In this document: positions 34,201-42,077 of the stretch, one piece after another
Numbering within the stretch: the first letter of the stretch is position 1
Layout of the letters: every line of letters starts with the position of its first letter
IMG/VR virus record: IMGVR_UViG_3300038393_002515
DNA length: 64,000 nucleotides
Origin: a virus
Reading direction: 5' to 3' (one strand)
Translations under genes and position numbers: made by a program
The notes under the pieces: generated by a model
Database searches by the model: none
The model's input: only the letters and a program-made list of their open reading frames with translations
Told to the model about the DNA's origin: nothing

Positions 34201-34854
34201 GTGGCCGACACCCGCAAGGGCCTGAACTGCACGCTCACCTACCCCAAGGACGGAACGAACCACACCTTCCGGGTGCGCGCCGACGTCCTCGGCCACGGCA
34301 TGACGATGGTCGCCGACTCCTCCAGCGCACGGAACGCGCGCGCGTACTACCCGCACCGGCCGACCCCGTCCCGCTTCTACCTGCGGGTGCTGCTCAAGGG
34401 GTACAGCGAACGGAAGGCGTTCGCCGACTGGATGCAGGGCTACGCGAACTTCGTCATGAACCCCGGCCTGCCCGCCGGAGACAAGTTCCCCGACATGCGA
34501 GTACTCCTCCCCGCCCGGGGCTTCGACCGGGAAGGTGTGCCGCTGTCGGGCTTCGAGTGGGGCAACACGGTGGGAGCCATGGTGTGGACGCCGGTCATCA
34601 CGTTCGAGTGCACCCGGGAGCCGCAGGACACCGAGTCCTGGGCGCCGAGCAAGTTCGTGGACGCCAAGGACCCGGACATGAAGTACTTCTGGCCCATGGG
34701 CACACAGCTCGGCGGCAACGCGGTCCCGTCCGGCAACTACCAGACCATCGACCCCAGCAGCGACGGCGGCTCCGACCCCGGCCAGACCGAGCCCAGCACC
34801 CCAATGCCCAACGAGGGCACCCCGCCGAACGAGCGGTACGACTACGGGAACTAG
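34201..34854 (+). CDS. Hypothetical tail-module protein
   Basis: 217 aa. GTG 34201 after SD GAGGAGGAG. Confidence 0.65.
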   Translation: MADTRKGLNCTLTYPKDGTNHTFRVRADVLGHGMTMVADSSSARNARAYYPHRPTPSRFYLRVLLKGYSERKAFADWMQGYANFVMNPGLPAGDKFPDMRVLLPARGFDREGVPLSGFEWGNTVGAMVWTPVITFECTREPQDTESWAPSKFVDAKDPDMKYFWPMGTQLGGNAVPSGNYQTIDPSSDGGSDPGQTEPSTPMPNEGTPPNERYDYGN

Positions 34855-34903
34855 GCCTTGACGGGAATAGGCCGACACACTGGTCATCCTTCCAGAAGCC
34901 TCA

Positions 34904-34938
34904 CTGTGAAGAGACCTCTTTCGCCCACCAAGGGGCGG
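34904..34938 (+). promoter_or_regulatory. Bipartite late-gene element copy 14 (CTGTG-N23-GGGGCGG)
   Basis: CCACC 34925-34929 / GGTGG 34940-34944, plus outer GAGA/TCTC pairing. Start is GTG 34949. Confidence 0.5.
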
Positions 34939-34948
34939 AGGTGGTCTC

Positions 34949-37432
34949 GTGCCGAATTTCGTCCTGGCCCCGGGCGTGAAGGCATACATCGCGACGGAGA
35001 AGCACGGAATCATCGACGTCTCGGACGACCTTGTCGAGGGCTCGATGACGCGCCGGTCGGACGGCGTCAGCTCATTCAATTTCAGCCTGCAGAACACCCG
35101 GCGGAAGTACGACGGCGTGCTCACCCCGAACGACCGCATCTCGGTGCAGATGAAGCGGCTGAAGTGGGTGCAGGTCTTCACCGGCTACCTGAACAAGGTG
35201 CCGCTCGTGACGGCCTGGCCGCGTGTCGTCCACCTGACCGCTTCGTGCTCGCTGAAGCGGCTGCAGTACTGGTACTGGGACTCCCACGCCGAGGCGTCGC
35301 AGGCCATGGTGCGCCAGGCCCTGGAGGACGCGGGGAAGGACACCGGTGTCTCCGACGGCGGCATGACGAATGTCGCGCTCACCGTGCTGAAGAAGGTCGT
35401 CGGCTGGCCCGAGTCGAAGGTCCACATCGCCCGTATCCCGGGCACCTGGTTCTCCGTCGTCGAGACCCTGGCCAAGCAGATCAACGCCCAGCTCGACGAC
35501 GCCGACGAGATCGCGCGTGCCCTGTTCGAGCAGCTTGGCACCGCGTCCGTCGGCGGTACGGGCGGTGCCGACGCCAGCTCGCTGAACGGCACCTACGGCG
35601 GGTTCAACAACCCGGACCAGAAGGCCAACGCCGCGATCATCTACAACGTCGGCAAGGAGAAGGGCGGCTCCGGCCGCGACTGCATCATCGCGATCATGGT
35701 GGCGATGCAGGAGTCAGGCCTGCGCAACCTCAAGGGGGGCGACCGGGACAGCGCAGGCCTGTTCCAGCAGCGGCCCTCACAGGGCTGGGGTACGTACGAG
35801 CAGGTGACGGACCCTCGGTACGCGTCGGGGAAGTTCTTCGACGCCCTCTTCGAGGTCAAGAACCGCAACAGCATGGAGCTGTGGCAGGCATGCCAGGCCG
35901 TGCAGCGCTCCGGGGTCCCGAGGGCGTACGCGAAGCGCGAGAAGCCTGCGACCGCCATGGTGCGCGACCTGGAAAAGGGCGGCGGGAAGTACGGGGACCT
36001 CAAGTCGAAGCCCCAGGGCACCATCTCCGGCGTCGACCTGGCCCAGCTCGCGGTGAACTTCTGCCAGAAGTACCCGAACATCCCGTACACCCAGAAGTAC
36101 GGCGGCACCCAGCTCGACGTACTCTCGCAGAACCCCCCGCCCGGCCTGGACTGCTCCAGCTTCGTGCAGGCCATGTACCTGCGCGCGTTGGGCTCGCTGT
36201 ACGGCCTGCCGCGCGTGGCGTCCGCGCAGTACGACGCCTGCAAGAAGGTGTCGGTGGAGAAGGCGCTGAAGACGCCCGGGGCGCTCGTCTTCAAGGGGTC
36301 CTCGCCGGACGGCATCTACCACGTCGAGATGAGCCTGGGTGACGGCAAGAGCACGATCGGCGCGCACCGCGCCGGGGCCAAGCCGCACGACGTCGGCATC
36401 AACCCGCCGTCGGCGCCGTCGTACTGGGACTACGGCGGCTTCCTGCCTCGCGTCGCGTACACCACCGGCGCGGGCACGGTCATCTTCGAGGGGTCGGACG
36501 GCACCAGCGGCGGCGTCAACGACATGAGCGGCGATCCCGGGGTCGAGCTGTCCACCGGCGCCGACGCGCCTGGGTACAACCCCAAGGACCCGTTCGACAA
36601 GATGTTCGGCGACAACGCCTGGGCGCCGATCTCGACGGCGGAGAACGACCCGAACTACTTCCTGGCCCAGGCTCTGGCCGGACCGCGTGCGCTGCTGAAC
36701 GACCAGCCGCTGCTGCCTTACCTGAAGAACCTGTTCAACTCGACGATGCGGAGCTTCTGCAGCGCACCGAATGGTGACCTGATCGCCTGGTACCCGGACT
36801 ACTACGGGATGTGGGGCACGGCCGCCAAGATGGTCATCCAGCCCATCGAGGTGCAGGACTTCGAGGTGTCCTGGTCGGACGACTACATGGTCACCCACCA
36901 GTTCGTCGTCACCTCGCCGCAGACGCGAAACCTCTTCGACCCGGCGACTGGAACCGTGCAGCAGTCCGTCGCTGACTCCGTCCTGGCGAACATGGCCGTC
37001 TTCACCACGGGCGTCGTCACCGTCGACTTCCCGGGCGTGTGGAAGGCCCTGTTCGGGATGGACATGACGGAGAAGCAGGCGAAGGCGTACGCGGACTCGA
37101 TCAAGCAGCGGTTCGGTGCCCGGCCGGACTACCAGCAGCTCCCTGGTCTCGTCGGCCCGAAGGCGCAGCTGTTCACTGCGATCTTCCTGTTCATGCGGCA
37201 GTTCGCCTTCCAGTACCAGGCGTCCATTCCGTTGACCTTCATGCCGGAGCTGTGGCCGGGCATGCTGCTGCAGTTCCCGGCCTTCAACTTCCAGGCGTAC
37301 GTCACGACGGTGACGCACAGCTTCAAGTTCGGCGAGGGCGGTTACTTCAACACCTCGGTCAGCATCGCGGCCCCGGCCCGTCTCACCGGTGACAAGAAGC
37401 TGCTCGGCCTGCCGATGGCGGGAGGCAACTGA
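34949..37432 (+). CDS. Baseplate hub (gpD/gp27-like N-terminus) carrying two cell-wall hydrolase domains including NlpC/P60
   Basis: N-terminus resembles late-control-D/hub proteins. Middle region has ...MVAMQESGLRNLKGGDRDSAGLFQQRPSQGWGT (muralytic-domain-like). NlpC/P60 signature GLDCSSFVQAMY...GIYHVEMSLGDGKSTIGAH. Confidence 0.8.
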   Translation: MPNFVLAPGVKAYIATEKHGIIDVSDDLVEGSMTRRSDGVSSFNFSLQNTRRKYDGVLTPNDRISVQMKRLKWVQVFTGYLNKVPLVTAWPRVVHLTASCSLKRLQYWYWDSHAEASQAMVRQALEDAGKDTGVSDGGMTNVALTVLKKVVGWPESKVHIARIPGTWFSVVETLAKQINAQLDDADEIARALFEQLGTASVGGTGGADASSLNGTYGGFNNPDQKANAAIIYNVGKEKGGSGRDCIIAIMVAMQESGLRNLKGGDRDSAGLFQQRPSQGWGTYEQVTDPRYASGKFFDALFEVKNRNSMELWQACQAVQRSGVPRAYAKREKPATAMVRDLEKGGGKYGDLKSKPQGTISGVDLAQLAVNFCQKYPNIPYTQKYGGTQLDVLSQNPPPGLDCSSFVQAMYLRALGSLYGLPRVASAQYDACKKVSVEKALKTPGALVFKGSSPDGIYHVEMSLGDGKSTIGAHRAGAKPHDVGINPPSAPSYWDYGGFLPRVAYTTGAGTVIFEGSDGTSGGVNDMSGDPGVELSTGADAPGYNPKDPFDKMFGDNAWAPISTAENDPNYFLAQALAGPRALLNDQPLLPYLKNLFNSTMRSFCSAPNGDLIAWYPDYYGMWGTAAKMVIQPIEVQDFEVSWSDDYMVTHQFVVTSPQTRNLFDPATGTVQQSVADSVLANMAVFTTGVVTVDFPGVWKALFGMDMTEKQAKAYADSIKQRFGARPDYQQLPGLVGPKAQLFTAIFLFMRQFAFQYQASIPLTFMPELWPGMLLQFPAFNFQAYVTTVTHSFKFGEGGYFNTSVSIAAPARLTGDKKLLGLPMAGGN

Positions 37433-37665
37433 TGATGGGTCCGGGGAACGCCGCTACGCACGGGATCGGCTGGACGGTCAAGCAGGTCCGGGTCCGCGAG
37501 CTGATAGCGGGCAAGAAGCTCGCTCTGTGCGTGGACACCGAGGGCACGCAGATCGAGGTCACCACGGCCATCCACCGCACCGGCATCACGCCGGTTGTCG
37601 GTCAGGACTGGCTGGTCGACCGCACATACGGGGTATGGAGCTTCGCCGCCTGGCTGGACGTGTAA
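37432..37665 (+). CDS. Small baseplate-associated protein (spike/OB-fold-like, positional)
   Basis: 77 aa. TGATG overlap with the hub gene. Confidence 0.55.
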   Translation: MMGPGNAATHGIGWTVKQVRVRELIAGKKLALCVDTEGTQIEVTTAIHRTGITPVVGQDWLVDRTYGVWSFAAWLDV

Positions 37666-37686
37666 AAAACTGACGGCCCGGAAACC

Positions 37687-37702
37687 GTGACATGCATGTC
37701 AC
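37687..37702. repeat. Palindrome copy 1: GTGACATGCATGTCAC (parS-like candidate)
   Basis: 16-bp perfect palindrome, 22 nt after the + gene stop (37665). Confidence 0.9.
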
Positions 37703-37720
37703 AGAATCCGAGCCGTCCAA

Positions 37721-37744
37721 ATCTGTGACATGCATGTCACAGAT
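37721..37744. repeat. Palindrome copy 2: ATCTGTGACATGCATGTCACAGAT (parS-like candidate)
   Basis: 24-bp perfect palindrome with the same 16-bp core, 7 nt beyond the parB-like stop (37751). Confidence 0.9.
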
Positions 37745-37750
37745 CCTGAG

Positions 37751-38635
37751 TCAGCCGGTGAGCAGGCCTTCGGCCTCGGCCACCCTCTTCTTCATGTCCT
37801 CGACGTACTCCTCGGCGGACTGCCGGTCGACCTTGACCAGCTCCTGGAGGAGCGCCAGGTCGATCTTCCCGGCGGCACGGGCCTCCTTCAGGCGGACGTC
37901 GACAGGACGCGGCTGGCGAGCGGTGATCTCCTTGGGCCCTTTGGCGGCCAGGGCGGTGGCCTCCATGAGGCGGCGGAGGTGCCTCACCGCCGAGATGGTC
38001 ACCGGGCCCTCCTTTGCCAGCTCGGTGTACTTGGCGCGGAGGAGGTCGTGGTCGTCCTTGCCAATGGTGTACAGCTCGTCCACGACGTTCTGGGCCAGCG
38101 GCTCGGTCAGCAGGCCATCGAGCGCGGTGTAGACGACGTGATGCTTGATCGCGCGGTAGTAGGTGTGCCGCTCGATGCCGATGGAGTGGGCGAACTTCTC
38201 GACGGACTTGTGGCCGCCCGCCTTGTAGCTGCCCTTGGCCTGGACCTCGGCGAGCCAGCGGCCGGTGAGGGTCCAGTAGTTCTTCTCGATCTCGGCGAAC
38301 CCGCTGCCAGCCGCCTCGCCGATCTTGCGGATCTGGCGTTCCGCGTGCGCGAGGTGCTGCAGGTCGCTGATGTCGTCCGGCGCGGGGACGTACTGGAAGG
38401 GGTCGGCGGGCTCCGGGGAGTGGACGATCCCTTCAAGAGGCGCCTGAGCGACCTGGTGGGGCACCTGCGGCTCATCGGCCGGTTCGCTCACAGCGGCGGC
38501 GGCAGCGGCTTCCAGCTCATCGTCCTCGCCTCGGCGGGCCTGAGAGCTGACGGCCTGAGCGGCGGCCAGCGCCGCTGCGGCCCGCTTCTGGGCGGCGGTC
38601 TGCTTCGGCTTCGGTGCGACAGTCACTCGGCCCAT
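37751..38635 (-). CDS. Partition-operon partner protein (ParB-analogue/centromere-binding candidate) with an HTH
   Basis: Translationally coupled to the ParA gene (TGATG at 38633-38637). Ala-rich acidic N-terminus and an HTH-like segment KSVEKFAHSIGIERHTYYRAIKH. No classical ParB GxxRxxA box seen. Confidence 0.6.
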   Translation of the reverse strand: MGRVTVAPKPKQTAAQKRAAAALAAAQAVSSQARRGEDDELEAAAAAAVSEPADEPQVPHQVAQAPLEGIVHSPEPADPFQYVPAPDDISDLQHLAHAERQIRKIGEAAGSGFAEIEKNYWTLTGRWLAEVQAKGSYKAGGHKSVEKFAHSIGIERHTYYRAIKHHVVYTALDGLLTEPLAQNVVDELYTIGKDDHDLLRAKYTELAKEGPVTISAVRHLRRLMEATALAAKGPKEITARQPRPVDVRLKEARAAGKIDLALLQELVKVDRQSAEEYVEDMKKRVAEAEGLLTG

Positions 38636-39432
38636 CAGGCGGCCAGTCCCTTCATGAGGTGGCGGAACAGCAGGCCGAACTCTTCGAGGTGGCCTCGCTT
38701 CGGGGTGGTCTCCCAGGCGCGCGGGTAGTCCGGGGAACCGCTGATCTGGAACTCCTTCGGCACGACGGCTGCCTTAACCCGGGAGGGGTCCTCGGCTTTG
38801 ACGATGGCCTCCAGGACGGGGCGCTGCTCGTCGGCGAGCGTGTTGTTGCCGGAGCACTTCACCAGGAAGACCGAGACGGCGAGATCCGGGTTGGCCTTGG
38901 TGCCCTTGGCTGCCTGGCGGATCGACGCCTTGATGCGGGAGATCTCGAAGCCGGACGGGGCGACGGGGAGGATCACCATGTTGGCGACCTTGCACATCTC
39001 CCAGTACGTCTCCTTGCCTGCGCCGCCGATGTCGACGATGACGACCTGGTAGGACTTCTTGAGTTCCTCGATCACGTCGTCGAGGTCCGGTCCGTCTTCG
39101 TCCTTGGGGTCGTAGTTGACGAGGTCGAAGGGGACGTGCTCGGGGGCGGGGTTCCCCTCGTCGTCGACTCGGTTCTCGCGGATCCGGTACCAGTTGTCGA
39201 CCGTCTGGGAGTTGTCGTCGGTGTCGACCACCGCAACCTTCAGGCCGAGGAGGATGGACAGGTACAGCGCCAGGAAGATCGCGCTGGTCGTCTTGCCGGT
39301 GCCTCCCTTGAGGACGCCGATCCCGATGACGAGGCAGCCGTTCTCGTCGAGCCACGCGAAGATCTCCTCGCGCGACGCGGCCTGTGCCATCACCTTCTTG
39401 TGCTGTTGTCTGGGGAGCGTAGAAGTCTTCAC
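38635..39432 (-). CDS. parA: ParA/Soj-family partition ATPase
   Basis: Deviant Walker A VLKGGTGKTTSAIFLA, then VVDTDDNSQ and VIVDIGGAG boxes. Start placed at GTG 39432 (SD AGGAAGG 6 nt upstream); ATG 39390 is an alternative. The listed start 39552 would overlap the divergent gene. Confidence 0.8.
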   Translation of the reverse strand: MKTSTLPRQQHKKVMAQAASREEIFAWLDENGCLVIGIGVLKGGTGKTTSAIFLALYLSILLGLKVAVVDTDDNSQTVDNWYRIRENRVDDEGNPAPEHVPFDLVNYDPKDEDGPDLDDVIEELKKSYQVVIVDIGGAGKETYWEMCKVANMVILPVAPSGFEISRIKASIRQAAKGTKANPDLAVSVFLVKCSGNNTLADEQRPVLEAIVKAEDPSRVKAAVVPKEFQISGSPDYPRAWETTPKRGHLEEFGLLFRHLMKGLAA

Positions 39433-39504
39433 TCCGGGTCCCTTCCTAGGCGGTTGTCGCCCCACATCTTGCCGCACCGGCGTTGCCCGGGTGCGCAGGA
39501 CCCC

Positions 39505-39539
39505 GTGTTTCACCCCCGATTTGAAGCGGAAGGGGGTGA
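39505..39539 (+). promoter_or_regulatory. Bipartite late-gene element copy 15 (GTGTT-N23-GGGGTGA, degenerate 5' box)
   Basis: TCACCCCC 39510-39517 pairs with GGGGGTGA 39532-39539. SD GGAGGTGG and ATG 39551 follow. Confidence 0.45.
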
Positions 39540-39550
39540 GGAGGTGGCTC

Positions 39551-39979
39551 ATGAAGACGCTGGCTCTCGTCGGCGGTGACCTGGCACTGGGGGATGGCGG
39601 CTACCGGACGCTCACCGGCGCGGCCCGCATCCGGCAGGACCTGGCGCTCGCGCTCGCCGAGCCGTACGGCCACGACACCTACCACCCGCAGTTCGGGTCG
39701 GTGCTGGCCGCGCACATCGGTGAGCCGCTGACGCCGGAATTGGAGCTGCTGGTCCGCGCGGAGGTCGTGCGGGTGGTCCAGCAGTACGTGGACGGCCAGC
39801 AGGCTCAGATCGCAGCCGACGCCCTGTCCGGTTCCCGGTCACGGTTCAGCTTCCAGGATGTGGTGCAGTCGGTGCAGTCCATCAGTACGGACATCCAGTA
39901 CGACACGATCAAGGTGACCATCGCGCTGAAGACGCAGTCCGGCGGTACGGTCCGAGTGCTGCGGACGGTGAGCACCTGA
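39551..39979 (+). CDS. Baseplate wedge protein, gp25/GPW-like
   Basis: 142 aa. MKTLALVGGDLALGDGGY...IRQDLALAL...G...P.FGS pattern typical of the GPW/gp25 family. Precedes the J-like gene. Confidence 0.7.
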   Translation: MKTLALVGGDLALGDGGYRTLTGAARIRQDLALALAEPYGHDTYHPQFGSVLAAHIGEPLTPELELLVRAEVVRVVQQYVDGQQAQIAADALSGSRSRFSFQDVVQSVQSISTDIQYDTIKVTIALKTQSGGTVRVLRTVST

Positions 39980-39981
39980 TT

Positions 39982-40001
39982 CTGTGACATGCATGTCACA
40001 G
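39982..40001. repeat. Palindrome copy 3: CTGTGACATGCATGTCACAG (parS-like candidate)
   Basis: 20-bp perfect palindrome identical to the core of copy 2, 3 nt after the gp25-like stop. Confidence 0.9.
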
Positions 40002-40135
40002 GTCCGCTGAATCGGTATGGTGGTGCGCCTCGGGCGACGCGCGTCCGATTCAGCAGAAGACCTCACCGCTCCGAACCGGGTGACGCCGGGGAGCACCGGG
40101 GTCGGCGCGGCCCCCAGTTCCAGCTGGAGGCAGAA

Positions 40136-40172
40136 GGCGGAGTCCACCCATAGGGACTCCGCCTTCATTTTT
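40136..40172 (+). terminator. Canonical rho-independent terminator
   Basis: GGCGGAGTCC (40136-40145) / GGACTCCGCC (40154-40163), followed by TTCATTTTT. Confidence 0.75.
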
Positions 40173-40208
40173 GCTGTGCGGTGCCTTCCTCTCGTCCTCA
40201 AGGGGTGA
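40173..40208 (+). promoter_or_regulatory. Bipartite late-gene element copy 16 (GCTGTG-N23-GGGGTGA)
   Basis: Abuts the terminator's T-tract. GCCTTCCTCTCGTC 40183-40196 pairs with GACGAGAAGGAGGGC 40207-40221 (one bulged A), burying the SD AAGGAGG. ATG is at 40227. Confidence 0.65.
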
Positions 40209-40226
40209 CGAGAAGGAGGGCGCCGC

Positions 40227-42077
40227 ATGGGTGTTTCCAGGGACGACATCGTCTCGCAGATGCGTGACGCGCTGCTGGTGTCCGACCCGGAGCTGGACAC
40301 GTCCATCGGCACCCCGGTGCGGAAGATCCTGGACGCGGTCGCAGCGTCGCTGGCCGACGCCTACGTCGAGAACCACCTGCTGTCGTACGCCTACGACATC
40401 GACAGCAAGACGGACGCCGACCTGGACTCCTTCTGCCAACTGTTCGGCATCGCGCGGATCGCGGCCCGGCGCTCGGTCGGCACGGTGACCTTCTCCCGGA
40501 CCGGCGACCTGACCCCGACCGTGTTCATCCCGGTCGGCACGGAGATCGCGTCCTCGTCGGACTCCTCGGTCGTGGTCACCACGGTGGTCGGCGGCACGCT
40601 CATGCCGGGCGCCTCGTCGGTCACGGTGCCAGTCCAGGCCGTGACGGCCGGTCCGGAGGGCAACCTGGGTGCGGGGATGGCCACCCAGATCACCTCCCCG
40701 ATCCAGGGCGTCAACACCGTCACGAACACGGCTGCCTTGACCGGTGGCCTGTCCCGGGAGACCGACTCGGAGCTGCGGACCCGCTGGAAGTCGACCGTGT
40801 TCCGGTCGCTTGCCGGTACGGAGCAGATGTACCGGGGCGTGGCCCTGGACGACACCGACTGCTACGCGGTGTCCGTCGTCGGCTCCTCCCGGACACGATC
40901 GGAGATCCTGCAGGTGCCCGCGACCGGCAACACGGTCTGCCAGATCACGGACGCCCGCTACATCTACTCCTCGCCGGTGCAGGTGACGAAGTCCGACGGC
41001 ACGCCGCTGATCAAGGACTACGACTACACGTGGATCCCGTCGAATCCGCCCGCCATCGCCGGACTGTCGGCGTCGTTCCCTGCGGCCGGTGAGCTGCTCA
41101 CGGTCGAGTACCAGTACCTGCCGGTAGTGAGCCGGAACGACCCGGCGAACAACATCACGAACCGGGTGGACATTTTCGTCGGCGGCACCCGGGCGCAGTC
41201 GGCCCAGACGTCGCTGGTGTTCAAGCAGACGAAGAGGTTCCAGACCGTCTCGACTGTGGACCTGTACACCGGGGCGTGGCTGCGGTCGGACCAGACACGG
41301 CCGGACGCGAACAACGTCTTCGTGCCGCTGCCGTTCGGGCCGATCGTGACCGTGCCGTCCACGATGTCGGTCGCGGGCACGACGTACGGTCTGGCTACGA
41401 CGGCACACCCGCTGGGTACGGTGGCCAACGGCGTGACGTACGCGTACACGGTTGTCCATGAGGACACGGTGGACGGCTGGACGCCGACCTCGCGCTTCGG
41501 CCTGGAGTGGCACCGCACCTACCTGCCCGCCGACAACTCGCCGGTCTCCGTCGGCGGTAACGGCGACTACACCTACAACGAGGTACCCGCCTCGGTGCAG
41601 GACGCGGTCAACCGGTGGCGGTTGACAGGGATCGACGCCCAGGTTCACCAGGCAAAACAGCGCTGGCTGCGGTTCGCGCTGGGCGTGATGTACACGGCGT
41701 CGTCGACTGGGTCGGTTGACTCGGTCCAGGACGCCATCCGGTCCGCCTTGAGTGACTACCTGAACCGGATGGACTTCAACTCCAACGTCCAGATCAGCGA
41801 CGTCCTCACAGTCATCCACCAGGTACCCGGCGTGGACAACTGCCGCCTGCTCAACGGCGCGGACGTGACCGGCTACACCTCGGCCAACCCGAACGCGTCG
41901 ATCGTGGGCGTCCAGCAGATCGCTCCGAACGCGGCTCCGAACTCCGCCGCGCTGTTCTCCCACGTCGACCCGGCAACCGGCCGGGCCAAGGACATCTACT
42001 TCCGCGACGACGAACTGCCCGTGCTCGGAGGCGTGGTCTTCAAGACCCTCGCCCGCAACTCCTTCGGGGTGCTGTGA
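40227..42077 (+). CDS. Baseplate J-like protein
   Basis: 616 aa. N-terminal third matches the Baseplate_J pattern (...GTPVRKILDAVA...DLDSFCQLFGIARI.A..SVGTVTF...VPVQAVTAGPEGN...ALTGG...ETDSELR.R). Confidence 0.8.
   Translation: MGVSRDDIVSQMRDALLVSDPELDTSIGTPVRKILDAVAASLADAYVENHLLSYAYDIDSKTDADLDSFCQLFGIARIAARRSVGTVTFSRTGDLTPTVFIPVGTEIASSSDSSVVVTTVVGGTLMPGASSVTVPVQAVTAGPEGNLGAGMATQITSPIQGVNTVTNTAALTGGLSRETDSELRTRWKSTVFRSLAGTEQMYRGVALDDTDCYAVSVVGSSRTRSEILQVPATGNTVCQITDARYIYSSPVQVTKSDGTPLIKDYDYTWIPSNPPAIAGLSASFPAAGELLTVEYQYLPVVSRNDPANNITNRVDIFVGGTRAQSAQTSLVFKQTKRFQTVSTVDLYTGAWLRSDQTRPDANNVFVPLPFGPIVTVPSTMSVAGTTYGLATTAHPLGTVANGVTYAYTVVHEDTVDGWTPTSRFGLEWHRTYLPADNSPVSVGGNGDYTYNEVPASVQDAVNRWRLTGIDAQVHQAKQRWLRFALGVMYTASSTGSVDSVQDAIRSALSDYLNRMDFNSNVQISDVLTVIHQVPGVDNCRLLNGADVTGYTSANPNASIVGVQQIAPNAAPNSAALFSHVDPATGRAKDIYFRDDELPVLGGVVFKTLARNSFGVL

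Noticed and set aside
39433-39552. The longer ParA ORF starting at 39552, which would overlap the divergent gp25-like start.
   Set aside because: The extra 40 codons are not ParA-like and cover the divergent regulatory region, including a late element. GTG 39432 has a good SD (AGGAAGG).
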